From: Bigelowiella natans CCMP2755
Lineage: Eukaryota; Protista; Cercozoa
Assembly: GCA_000320545.1 (NCBI GenBank)
Contig: ADNK01000056.1
Location: forward strand, 1-41,783
Direction of reading: 5' to 3'
Length of the DNA stretch: 41,783 nucleotides
In this document: piece after piece, positions 1 through 11,676 of the stretch
Position numbering within the stretch: the stretch's first letter is position 1
Layout of the letters: the number at the start of each line of letters is the position of its first letter
Notes under the pieces: generated by a model
Told to the model about the DNA's origin: nothing
Databases searched by the model: none
What the model saw: only the letters and a program-made list of their open reading frames with translations
Position numbers and translations under genes: made by a program

Positions 1-29
1 TTGAGAAGGTAGCTAGGTGAGTATATTAG

Positions 30-38
30 TATATATAT

Positions 39-93
<55 letters not shown>

Positions 94-94
94 A

Positions 95-156
<62 letters not shown>

Positions 157-165
157 CTATATATG
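30..165. repeat. Compound (TA)n/(CA)n microsatellite in PH-gene intron
   Basis: Directly visible alternating arrays. Confidence 0.95.
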
Positions 166-216
166 TATTTTTGGTACTTTTAAGATTGATGTGCAAAGTT
201 GTTATCATAATATTAC

Positions 217-666
217 CGAGGATAAAGCTATGACACCATCGCAAACTAGGAGATTTTCCAACCATTCCTACGGCGCATCATAAGCAATCATAAGTCAGAA
301 TCGAGGAGAGGCCTAATATCCCCTTTCTTTCTCCTCAATGCTCTCATATCCACTGTTAGCGTGTTTTTTGCGTCATTCCTGCTCCCAAGTCTCGTCATTA
401 TTGCTTGCAACTCAACAACTTACCGGCCCCCTGTCCTCTTGCTTTCTCCCTCTCTCCCTCTCTCTCTATCTCTCTCTCATTCTGTACGTTGCGTTCCTTC
501 GCCGTTTCCGCCTTTATCCTATATGTCCGGCCTTTTTTCACCCGAATTTGAAACCTTCAGGAACAATTTATGAGAATGTAGTGGAATAGAAATCTCATGT
601 AATCTAAAAATTTTGTTGTGCTTCTCTCTCTCTCTCTCTCTCTCTCCCTCTCCCTCCTACAGCGAG

Positions 667-710
<44 letters not shown>

Positions 711-1097
711 GCCAAAACCGGCTGCAGGCCATTCTCTTTCAATTAACTATTCCCCTGCTTACCCGTTTGGTTCGTTATCCTCGGACTGTGCAATAAGGGT
801 GGAGCCTTTCAGAAGTATCGAGCCCTTAGATTTGAGACTCTTACAGTTGGAGTAGTATTGCAGCGAGCCGTCGAAGAGGCGGAAGAACCGTCTCTTATAC
901 CTATGGAAAAGTAAATTGATATCATCACTATTTTTGCAATCGCATGCAGGAGATTCAACAACAGCCTCGAAATATTTTGAGGAGGTATGCCACTCTAAGA
1001 GGACAACGGTTCACGAGCGATACGAATACCCCAGGCTACGGTTAGCGTACCTTTTATTCCATTCGCCCCTCTTCGACAGGTATCCCTGCTTTATCAT
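217..1097 (-). CDS. PH-domain protein (multi-exon, continues beyond window start)
   Basis: Phase-consistent GT-AG exons 1097-1051, 900-763, 554-488 and 267-217 splice to MIKQGYLSKRGEWNKRYKRRFFRLFDGSLQYYSNCKSLKSKGSILL...GFQIRVKKGRTYRIKAETAKERNEWLENLL. This is a complete PH consensus including the C-terminal-helix Trp. Confidence 0.85.
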
Positions 1098-1530
1098 AAT
1101 CCCTTGATTCCGTCACCTCTTTTTCTTGGAAGCTTCCTACGCGTTTGTAATTCGCTCTACTACTACTACTACTACTACTCTTCCCCTCCTCCCCTCACAT
1201 CAAGCTCCTTTTTCTGGTGCACCTGGGTCAGTAAGTAGTACGAGTACCCCAGTTGTTGTTGTTGTAGTTGTTGTAACAAACAACAACACCAGACCTAGAA
1301 TTTAATAATTGTTCTGATTATTGCCGTTCATACCCATCGTTCAGCAACCTAAACTTACCTCTCCTTTTTTCCTAGCCACGAGATGGAGTCCGAAAGCGGA
1401 AGCAGGAGTGTAAAAGTGGTGTCGCATGCACAATCCGGAATGCCGTTTTGCCTGAACTCTTCAGTTACAGGTTCTTCCTAATCGCCATGCGGTTACACCT
1501 CTGCACACAATCGCTTGTGAATATCTCTGA

Positions 1531-1834
1531 AATATCTCATAGGATTTCATGTCGTCCAGCTCCTTTTTAAGTTAAAAGTCTTTATTAGACGGTTTTCGCA
1601 AAAGTTTTACAACAACTATTGGAGTAACGGATGTCACCGAAAAATAAACCACCTTCCCCGAAATTATATTAGAAGAACTTGTCGAAACTTGCGAAAGCGT
1701 ATGAGTTTACAAATTTCTACAAGTTGGCAATTCCGTTACTCCAATAGTTGTTGTAAAAACTTTTGCGAAAACCGTCTAATATCTCATAGGGTTTCATGTC
1801 GTCCAGCTCCTTTTTAAGTTAAAAGTCTTTATTA
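1531..1834. mobile_element. Small foldback/MITE-like element with ~49-bp terminal inverted repeats, flanked by 57-bp direct repeats
   Basis: Inverted arms 1583-1631 (TATTAGACGGTTTTCGCAAAAG...) and 1732-1781 differ by one indel. Direct repeats 1531-1587 and 1778-1834 differ by one mismatch. Confidence 0.65.
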
Positions 1835-2105
1835 TTAACCTCGTATGAAAACCGCGAAAAATATCCAATGGATATCCAATGGATATCCTGATATCCGTAC
1901 AGATCATCACGCTGCGCGCCTGAACAACCTCCCAAAACCGTGAAAATGGGATAAAATATCTATGAAAAACCATGAAAAAGCCTGCATTTACAGATTACGC
2001 TGCGCGCGCGCGCTCTGGAATTGCGGGAAGAATTTAAAATAGTTACTGATTACAATTTGGTGTCCGTGAGCGCGGTCCTGCTTTGCGCTCTCCTCCTTGA
2101 AGAGA

Positions 2106-2669
2106 ATGACACTGGATTTAGAAACAGTCTCGTCTATAAAACAGATAGGGGTCTCCTCTTCAGGAATGTCCCACGCTGAGCGTCGATCTATGGCTTGGAA
2201 TCCGCAAAAGGCAAAGCGGGCCCGCCTCTCTTTTAGAAAAAGATCTACTCAATATTTTAGTCCGTGCAGCTCCAAATCAAGATGGTTTGAGCGTCGAATT
2301 AGAGCTAACCCGTCAACTCTTACTGGAACAATCTCCAAATTGTGTATTTCTTCTCACTTGAGAAAAAAATGCACTCCCACAATTTCCATCCCAGAATTCA
2401 ACACTCCGGACTCAAGCAGCTCGGACGAGGAGATAGAGTACCCCGACGGCGAAGCTTCCACTCCACCAGCAACCTTAGCTCGGTTATCCTTCCGGCCAAT
2501 TCAACCTGAACATATTCCCAACCCTAGGAACTTAAACACTGAGACAGAGATTATTCTTCCAATTGTAAAGAAGACGATGAAGCCCATTCTGCTTAAATTA
2601 GCTCCGCAGAAGAGGAAAAGTCAACCTTCACTCCTGAAACAAAACCGCAAAAATTTGCAGATAGGCTAA
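2106..2669 (+). CDS. Intronless hypothetical basic, Ser/Pro-rich ORF
   Basis: ~187-codon open frame from ATG 2106. No recognisable domain. Confidence 0.3.
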   Translation: MTLDLETVSSIKQIGVSSSGMSHAERRSMAWNPQKAKRARLSFRKRSTQYFSPCSSKSRWFERRIRANPSTLTGTISKLCISSHLRKKCTPTISIPEFNTPDSSSSDEEIEYPDGEASTPPATLARLSFRPIQPEHIPNPRNLNTETEIILPIVKKTMKPILLKLAPQKRKSQPSLLKQNRKNLQIG

Positions 2670-3232
2670 ACAGCAAAAAGAAAATGATATAAAAAAAGCA
2701 TGAGTAGCCCGCGCGGTAAATGTAAGACAACAATGACAACTTAATAAAATGGATTTATTCAAAAATGTGGATGCACTTTGTAATTTGGAGCACATACACA
2801 TGATACACACATTTTAAATGGTTCAGTTGTGATGTATAGAAGCCACAGAGGTGTGAAATTGTGCCTTTTTGTTCTGCACGTGTGCATCACAGTTGCTACG
2901 CACTAAGCACTGCACGCACCCATAAATATCGTGTATCGCACATACGTCCACATACCACATACTGACACATGCAAGCTACGCCTTGGCTAGTTAGGCTGCG
3001 CAACATCATAGCTACGCTAAGTAATGCTGTTGTATTGTAAATAAATGTATGGCACGATGACAGCAGACATGGTGGGCGTCTGCGCCCCACGTACTAGCTT
3101 GGCTTGAATGTTCGCTCAGCACAAGTTCATGCATGCATGTGGAGGACAATCCATGAGGGAATAAATGATTGGAGCAGTTATGGCTTCATCATTGAAAATC
3201 GAAAAATGCTAGATGGCACATCGTAGATTGAT

Positions 3233-3925
3233 GTGCCCACAAATGCGTGGAACAAAGCATCCTTGTTTCGTCGGCTCAAATCGATCACTGACGACTTGTT
3301 AGATGACGAATTGCCCACCGTTTTGGCGACAACAGAGGCGCCAAAAAAAGAACTGAAAAAACATCACAAGGTGATGAAATCCTGTGCTTTCAACGAATTC
3401 GAAGAGGAATGGTCCAATGATTCATTGCGCTCTGTGCATCTCAAGAATCTTGGATTCCTCCCGTCATCTTCGATCACCGGCATCAAACTGAAACTTCCAA
3501 GTGTTGCTACATCATGGATGCGCGCCATCTGTGGTGTCGGCAATTTTGGAAAATTCATGTCATCACGTGGACAATGCACAGAGGAAGATGCTACGTGCGA
3601 TGCATGTGGCATCCTGAAGGACATGGATCATCTCCTGCAATGTCCAACACATGGTCGAGAACAAATCAGATTGCGCAATCAAATGCGCGCGATCATGAAT
3701 CGCAACGACGATGCGAACCGGCTGACAAAGGCTGAAAAGGACTCCAGAACTGATGCGCGCAGTGCGCGGCAACATCGGTCGCATGAGGACGCTTTCAAAT
3801 GCATGAAACACATCGTGGCAGAAACCAACAGATGCAACATTAGCGCTGCAGCCGCTGCATTGCACAGCTACATCAGGATGACCATTGAAAAAATTTGATT
3901 CTTCATTGCATCCGTCTCACACATG
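3233..3925 (+). mobile_element. Non-LTR retrotransposon (LINE-like) ORF2 C-terminal remnant, copy 1
   Basis: ORF 3233-3898 contains a CCHC-type knuckle (CDACGILKDMDHLLQCP) typical of LINE ORF2 C-termini. It ends in a terminal motif TTCATTGCATCCGTCTCACA shared with other copies. Confidence 0.6.
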
Positions 3926-4345
3926 GAGGACATCATCGCATTGCACACTGTGCAGACTTGGCAGTTTCAGACCATCATCAAGGGGCTTTTGCAACTCGGC
4001 TGAAGCACATTGTGACACGTGCAACATCATCGACGACACAGATCACGTCCTGTCATGCCCACATGCAATGCTCTGCACACCAACGCAGACTTCGAAACCA
4101 ACTGAGCAACTGAGCAATGTCATGGATCGGAAAAGCAACACAAAATGATTGATTGCAGCTGAAAAGGAAAGGCTACGCATCATGCGCGACATCGACGAAA
4201 GAACATTGTGTGATGCTTTCAAATGCATGAAGCACGCAATGACATGCAACAGAGACAAATGAATTTGACATGAGCTACTTACATCATGTCAGGGTGACAA
4301 CATGTTGAACAAATTCAATTTGTTCATTGCATCCGTCTCACATGT
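3926..4345 (+). mobile_element. Second 5'-truncated LINE-like 3' end, stacked directly behind copy 1
   Basis: Paralogous peptides CDTCNIIDDTDHVLSCP and DAFKCMKH (~4212-4235). Same terminal motif at 4323-4342. Confidence 0.6.
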
Positions 4346-5094
4346 TACAGACAGAGGTAGCTTCATGCATGTACATGTGGCCTGCTCTAGTGCTACTACT
4401 CGGTTTCGAGCGTCCACCTTACATCACAGCGATCGCAAAAATGGGCCCAACAGATATGGAATCTGCCGTGCACATGTTGCCACATAGCTGATTCCTTGCG
4501 TCCATCATTGGCACACACCAAGCTAGTAAGTCAGGATGGGCGTTGTTGTCGTACTTATATACGCATCGTGCATGTTGCGCGCGATATCGACTGCAGAGGC
4601 ACAGTGCACATGACACATGTGCATGTAGCTACACACATTTAATGCAACAGTGTCGCACAAACGTTGCCCTTCACAGCAGCACCACAATCAATGAACGAAA
4701 AGGAAGGCTTATATGTGTTGGCTTTTGAATTAACACAGGCTATTAGCTTAATAATTATACGCCTGCCCTACGAGCTCGCTGCATATAAATTATTAGACAG
4801 TCATGCACGCAATGATCGACACACGTATGAGATTATAATAATCCTTTTACATGTCACGTGCATCAAGTTTACACTGAAATTTCGGCCCTGTAGTGGTTTG
4901 AATTTCAGTTCATCAATAAGTATAATGGTGTGCATAATCTACTGAATGGGAACTATGATTAAGCATAGCTCCTACACACTGCATCCTCTCCTAGGTTAAT
5001 ATGTATCAGTTGGTATGGATAATAGCTATTCAACAGAGTATTGCTTCGATATCTTCTGGGTGCATCCAATGATGGTTGCCTCGTGACAACGATT

Positions 5095-5701
5095 TCAATG
5101 ACCAGACTTCTGTGCTGCTGTGATAACCGCAGACTGCCATGCAGCGGCACTGACCTGATTTACAAGATTTTAGGATGCTCAACAGAGACGAATTGAACTC
5201 AGCATGAATGATCATTACCCCTGCTGTAAGGATGATGATGACGACGGGATTTTTCATCCATGCCGGAACATACTCCTTGGTAGGTCCCTGAGACAGAGTA
5301 GATAATTAAATGTTTATTCATTGACACTTTCGCCGTGGTGCAGTAGTGAAAGATATTGGTATAGTTGTACTACTATTTGCAGAAGATTAAGTAGTACCGG
5401 GTCTACGACAGGAGCAACTTGAGGAGTAGTTTTGTATTTTGCCTTTCAGAAAGAATGTCAAAGTCATCGTATTTATACTGCTGAATGCAATCTTCTCCTC
5501 CCCCTCCTGCTATTAACAACTAGTTATATCTCACCTTTGTTGGTCTGCGTGCTTTTCTATCCCGAGCCCTGTATCTGTCTGCGTTCCCCTCAAACCCCCA
5601 GTTTAAATCCCTGATTACGACGGAATATATGCAAATGAACCAGACTCCATTACTAAAATTATCTAATCACCATCATTGTGCCTCAATCATCCTTTCACAT
5701 C

Positions 5702-5732
<31 letters not shown>

Positions 5733-7125
5733 AATTGGTATTTGCTCCAGCGAATGTATCGACCTTTCTGGCTGCTTCAGAACTGGTGCTTGCATTACGA
5801 ATCGGAATTCCTCTGCCTGATAGAGCAAGGCCTCATTTTTACATATAATCCAAAGGGAGGGGGGATGCAAATGGGAGACTGGTACTACCTGTTTTGCTAG
5901 CTTCTGGGAAGGATGGGTTTCTTCGATGATCTTCAATACCTGTGAAATGAGTCACCGCTAGATCTCAATTGCTATATTTCCACATTGATTTCTTTTCCAC
6001 TATATCACTCCATTTTATTTATTTTTTTTTTGTCATGATTATGATGATAGTTATGATAATGAAACATAACAACGAAACAATTATTTCATTCTTCTATAAA
6101 TTTATTTACATCGCACGCATCGTCGGTTCTCCCCATGGCATCCAATGTGAACGCGATGTAAATCTGTATGTCACCTCCCACCCGCGTAAGAGGATCTTGT
6201 ACCTTCATTGCCTATGCATCGAGACAAAAATAAACTTATATTGAAAGGATTGTCGCCCCAAATATCAAAGGAGGAAAACCTCAGTCAGCTTTTCCATTGC
6301 GGCCTTGTATTCACCTGCTTCGAATAGCTTCTTACCAGTCCTGATACATGCCAAAGAGTTGATCTAGTTGATGACAGGTCCAGAAAGGCATATAAATCTG
6401 GAGCACTCACTCAAATGGTTGCCATCCTGGGGAGTTAGCTTTCTCCAGTTCATCACGCCTTACAAGCAGGATAGGCAGCACACAGGTTGACTTGAAAGCA
6501 TGGATCATGAGGCTGGTAGTTTAGAGGAATAGAGTATCTAGGGCAAGGACAGATTCTTCACGTACTTTTGCCGACTATCGGAGAGCTTTCGTCGAACTCG
6601 TGTTGCATATTGCTTCTGCACCGGGGAGGACTGCACGAGAGGAGGAAACAGTCAACATTATCATGTGAACTAATAGATGGGTTTTAAATTACGAACTAAA
6701 TCAAGTGCTTTGGCCCCCATCCGGAAGGCCTCTCTTGCATCGTCATCATCAAGGACATCTTCAGGCAACTTTCCTGAAAGCAAAGATGTGTATCGCTCTT
6801 TCAGATCAGAATAAATTCGCGGAAAATGCATTCCAAGTAGATGAATATTTTATGGTTCCAAACCTTCCTCTATTTTGTCTGCAACATCCCTCAACATCCT
6901 CGCATCCTTCAAGCGCCCAATGTCTTTTGCAAATGTCCTGAGTTTGAAGGCTCGATTCTGCGCTTCTGAGAGCCTGGACACCGACTCGCTTGGTAACGAG
7001 GATGGCAGGGAGTACAATGGTTGCATTCTGGTCCTGTAAGCAGGCGGGAGGGAAGGAGTTGCGATGCAGTGGGCGGAGAAGATCACGGTGGTTAGAACCA
7101 CAAGCGAAACCCGCCCCGTTGCCAT
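5095..7125 (-). CDS. Plastid-targeted TPR-like protein of the cyanobacterial/plant family with a C-terminal hydrophobic segment
   Basis: Spliced product starts with signal-like MATGRVSLVVLTTVIFSAHCIA. It includes TGKKLFEAGEYKAAMEKLTEAMKVQDPLTRVGGDIQIYIAFTLDAMGRTDDACDVLKIIEETHPSQKLAKQAEEFRFVMQAPVLK, matching the GG(E/D)IQI...HP...(E/Q)AP.L pattern of cyanobacterial/plant TPR proteins. Phase-consistent exons run to TGA at 5097-5095. Confidence 0.75.
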
Positions 7126-7169
7126 TTTTTCGGAAGTGAGAGCAAAATACCTTTACGACAAGATCTAAA

Positions 7170-8373
7170 TCATTGTCGCAGGATTAAATTAGGATCCATT
7201 TTCACAACATTTACAAATTTCACAATCGCCTGCGTCATTTCGTTCTGATCTACGCATGAGAACGCGTTACGAATATATCCTCTTTCAATCGTCAGAACGT
7301 GTAAATTGGGGGAAATGACCTGTTTTTTAATTGAAAGTAAAAATAAAAGCGGCAACATAAGCCTGAAATTTCTCCTAGGATAATGGCCGTCGCCTCGGCT
7401 ATGCTCTGGTTGCGAAAATTTTCTTGAGTTCTCATGCAGAATTTTACCTTCTTGTCATTCAAACTTAGGGAGACATACTCTCCAATAGTACAACAGACGG
7501 TGCTCCCATTCTCTTCGTGTCTTCTGATACCCCTGCACCGCATTCATCACACCATCCTGGTAGTACCTTTCCCCTTTCTTCTCATATTTGGGAATTAGAT
7601 GTTTGAATCAACGGATACATGTGTTTAGATCCAGCCATCTGAAATCGAACCAAGCGCATTTTCCTCTGCCCGTCTGATTTTCTCCACCAGCGGAATTTCT
7701 TCGTTCTGCTCTGGACTGCTGTAAATCACCCTAAGAATGCATTAGAATTCAGAAGGAGCATGATTTTAAATACTTTCGCAAAATCTTTTGTCATTGTGCA
7801 TTTCGTTTGAGAGACATCGCTCCTTATGCTGGCTGGTGTAACGTTATGATAATTCTTCAGCTCCGCAGTTGGGTACTCCATCGTTGAAGACTTCGTCTCC
7901 TCACGGGCATATGTCGCTCTCACAAAACTGCTGCCTGCTGCTGACCCCGAGGATGCTAAGAAGCGTGAAGAGGACACCAAATCTATTTTTTTAAAAAAAG
8001 GTAGTAGGAAAGACTCCTTACTACCCTCAAGATGCCATAATTATTCCAGAATTGATTGTCCCGTTGACATGTTACGAATAACGACGACATACATCTGCGC
8101 AACAGCCTTCACAACCCAGAGCACATGCACCAGCTCGCTGCCACCTGAATCAATGAAAATTGCCCGTATCTCCTTCTCCTCTTTCTCCTTCTCCTCCTAT
8201 GTCGGAATCGCAGGCATCTTGGTGATTCTCTGGCGAAACATATCGACTGTGGTGATGTATCCCATTGAGAATGGGTTAGAAACCTACCTCATCTCGTGTG
8301 CTCGTGAGGCGCTCGGCCAGGGCTTCGAATATACCGGTGGGTTGGTAGTATCAAAAGGAACAATAGAAGTATC
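7170..8373 (-). CDS. Possible multi-exon hypothetical protein
   Basis: Several exon-like open segments bounded by AG/GT (e.g. EEKEKEEKEIRAIFIDSGG, AREETKSSTMEYPTAELK). No coherent model or domain recognised. Confidence 0.25.
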
Positions 8374-8713
8374 CATAAATCGTATTAAAAATACTGGTGA
8401 AAGAGTGATGAATAGAATGACACCGTCCCCTCGAGATACCGTGGTGTTAATTGTACTCTGGATCTCAAAACCACTAATTTTCGGCTTGTTCAAGGACCTC
8501 TCAATGCAATGTGGAAGCTTACCTTCAAGTTTGGATATATCTCGGGCCTCTACGAGGGAATAGGTAGTAGGCATGCTACATGCGAAGACTAACAAACAAG
8601 ATATTTTGTAGAGTATCAATCTCGGTTTGGAGAAAAGTAGATGTAATATGCGCATACCTCATGTGTATGTAAATTTAATTACGTGTGTTGTTTGTCTGGG
8701 GAAAGGCATTAGG

Positions 8714-9400
8714 ATGCTGAGCCAAACCTTGCAGCTCGGCTTTGGTATGGCCGCCTTGGCGGCCTACGGGCACCCACCATCCTCGTTGGACAGCAAGAGA
8801 CTTCTGCAAAATAACAACGATGATGATGATGATGATTCAAAAGACGAGAGGAGCTTCTCAGTCGAAGCCGGTAGTGATTGTGTAGTTGGGGCGGCCATCA
8901 TTTGGATGTTGGTGATTTTTTACACTATACCCCCCACCCATATATACATGAATTCAATTATATAAAAATGTGTATGAGAGTGTGTATGTGCGTGTGTATT
9001 TGTAGGCGTGGCTTTAGCCGCAGCAGCGATTACTTATCCCTTAGAATTGCTTCTGAATCGCCAACGAGCTAGTAGAGTGATTGAAGTCAATGACGACGGA
9101 GCTCCGACGACAATTAATGCGGTAATATCTCCGACATAATAGACACTAATGCTGTGCTCTATAATACATATGCTACTTCTTGAAGCTAGCGATATTGTGT
9201 TCTCGTGGCAAAGACATTCCTCACTTTGTCCCCTCCCCTCCCCCCCTTCTCCGAAGGAGTATGATGTCACGCATATGCTATGCTAGGCACAGCTACTGTT
9301 GCGTTGATACGATTCGTTGTGTATGTTGCACGAGAAGGTACTAAATCGCGATGGAGTGCTAGGGTTGTTTCAAGGCGCATCCTTCTTCATAGTGCGAAGG
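8714..9400 (+). pseudogene. Mitochondrial carrier family (SLC25) single-repeat remnant
   Basis: Spliced SFSVEA|GVALAAAAITYPLELLLNRQR resembles Px[DE]xx[KR]x[RK]. Downstream KVLNRDGVLGLFQG resembles [DE]Gxxx[FY]xG. A TGA lies in frame just before the second half, and only one of three repeats is visible. Confidence 0.5.
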
Positions 9401-10499
9401 GTAGCATTCTACGTAATCCTCCGCTCACTTCGAAGATCCATCTTGGGACTGAAAAAAATCAACAGAATGTGATGGTTGAGAGCACGAGAACACGTGGAAA
9501 AGGAAATCCCGGATAGATTGCAAAATAAGCTGCACAGTAGCTATATTTAGTGAGGATCAGCTACGTATATGCACGGGCGATACTTCGTGGCTTCATACAC
9601 CATATAGCGCAGCGATAAAATTGGTCCAGTTTATTTCAGCGAGTCATAGAGTAGAACCGCTCCACAAGAAGAGAACCCTACCATGCATTTCACAGGCATT
9701 AGACATACATATAATGCTTGTTATCGCGCTCATTACCGCTATCGCGCTGCAGTAAATCTGATGAGATCGCGCACGAACATGGCCTAATTACTAATTACTC
9801 TATCTATTGCTTAATTACTAATATACTCTATTACAAATCAAGTGCGTGCCAAGCTACATATGTGTTCTTGGTGGCAACTTTGTAATATATAGTAAAGCGC
9901 AGAAATATAAATGCTGGAAAAACAATAAGATATTTTTGCTTCGCATTGTAGTGATATACATTATCATCCGTTCATTCATTAAAGGCATGAGCACACACTT
10001 ATAGCTTGCATATGTAGATATTTATCTAATATTCGAGCAATTATTTGGCCATATGCTTGTTCAATGCCTTAATGTGAATACTAGAATAGTTCCTCTACTG
10101 CATAGATCAATAATTCCTTGTCGTTCTTTTTCTGCCAATTTAAAGTCTTTTTTAACCAATGCACAGTTCAATATGTTTCGAAGTCGCACCAAATTCGAAG
10201 TGACCATCTGGCTGTTCCGCACAGCTCTCATTGTAGTCCTCTGAGGCACTTTTGCCGTCGTTATTATTATCTTCATGATGGATACTCTTAGCCTCCCTAT
10301 AGGTCCTCCAGCTCTCTGCGAAGGTAGAACTCTAACGACGGCATAAACAAGGAAGAGAGAAGAACCAAGAGAAGAAGATAATGGTTGGGGATGGAAATTG
10401 GGAGGAGGATAGAATTCTCAACATTTGATGGTGAAGGATGATCAAGATGATTGAAATGATGGCAACAAATTAAATTACAGTAATATGTGTGAAGCCTTA

Positions 10500-10770
10500 T
10501 TATTATTAAGGGAGGACGATATCCTTGAAGAACAGTTGAAGCCACCACAGCGATCGATGCAATCCTTAATCGTATTACAACGTGAGATAAAGGCAGGCTT
10601 GGGAGAGAAAGACAGCGAGATATTTCGGAGGTGCAACTCAGTACTGCTGTAATTTTCGATACGTTTGCAGCAAAATCAATCTAAAGCAAGCTTTCTTCCA
10701 TATCTATCGCCAATGCCACTAATGGTAAGGGCGCCTCCGATGGGTCGAAAAATGAACGCTATGCTGGAGA
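10500..10770 (-). pseudogene. MFS transporter (MHS/ProP-like) fragment
   Basis: Minus frame reads IAFIFRPIGGALTISGIGDRYGRKLAL (RPxGG plus motif A, GDRxGR), followed by a stop. The rest of the transporter is not recoverable. Confidence 0.5.
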
Positions 10771-11640
10771 GAAATCCAGACTATTTGATGTTTCCCTGCA
10801 GGAGGCATAAGCGTTACATTGAAATGTAAAACTCGAATTTGATCTTGGTCATATCATATCAAATCAAACCCCATATTGTACCCATTGCTAAGTTCTCTGC
10901 CATGGGGTTGACAATGTTGCGATCGCTAGAGTACAGGACAACTTCGTCGAGCTTCCAGCCAGCCCTTTTTTTGGGAGGGCGTGGCAATGTTATCGTATGG
11001 CGAGAGAAAGATGAAGATGGCTGTCGGGTATCTTCCTCCTGACTCATTTCCACTGTGAAGTTACGACATCTCTTTTCCGTAGAAGACCCATCGACGGAGC
11101 ACACTGTGATCGCTCCGACGCCAAGCGAAGTGTCAGACTCAGCCTGCCTCTCAGCTAATGCCACTCTAGGATGCCCTCGCTCCATCGCTCTATCTCGCCC
11201 GACAGCTCGTATTCAGTCGAAAAGCCCTCAGAACGAGGAGAGGGTAAAATTGAGTTGTTTGCAGTGTTAACGGCCCATCCGTTCATGTCTGGCAGCAGGT
11301 CGGTGCTCTAATTGCACATTAGGGATCTGTGAGCAATTTTGTCTAGACTCTACTCGTATGTGCAGACAAAATAAATACGATACATGTCGCAAGAAGGCGT
11401 TCCAGGCCAATTCATACATATGTGCAAGTTCTTTGTCGCATGGTGCAATTCCTTTGTCGCACGGTGCAGGTCCGCCACGATTTCACAAGTAAAAGAAGCC
11501 GGTCATCGACGTCGCCCCTCCCTCTGTTTCGCTTGAATTTCACATTGATAGAGATAGTACTAAGATCCTAGGCTACATTATATTGGGATAGGCACGTCAG
11601 TCTCTACTGGTACTCATTACTCCCCTTTTCCTTCTAGTCA

Positions 11641-11647
11641 TTATAAA
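11641..11647 (+). promoter_or_regulatory. Possible TATA box of the aldolase gene
   Basis: TTATAAA about 30 nt upstream of ATG 11677. Confidence 0.25.
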
Positions 11648-11676
11648 GGGTCCAAGTCAGAAGAATCTTCTGAAAG

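Noticed and set aside
17-742. ORFs with YIYI, THTH, SLSL and RERE runs (likewise poly-H/M/I/S ORFs at 5629-5936 and 36000-41700)
   Set aside because: They are translations of intronic microsatellites.
1349-1358. Ultra-short nucleomorph-type introns (e.g. GTAAGTTTAG)
   Set aside because: Too short, and a conventional intron explains the site. GC content and intron sizes indicate host nuclear DNA.
1861-1888. GATATCCAATG tandem units, and the 21-bp units at ~11422-11468, as a CRISPR or regulatory array
   Set aside because: Only 2-3 adjacent units with no spacers, in a eukaryotic context. These are ordinary tandem duplications.
3190-4278. CpG methylation decay or classical RIP as the cause of CA/TG richness
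   Set aside because: CpG is plentiful (GCGCGC, TCGA, ACG) and TpA is depleted. C->T processes would deplete CpG/CpA and preserve or raise TpA.
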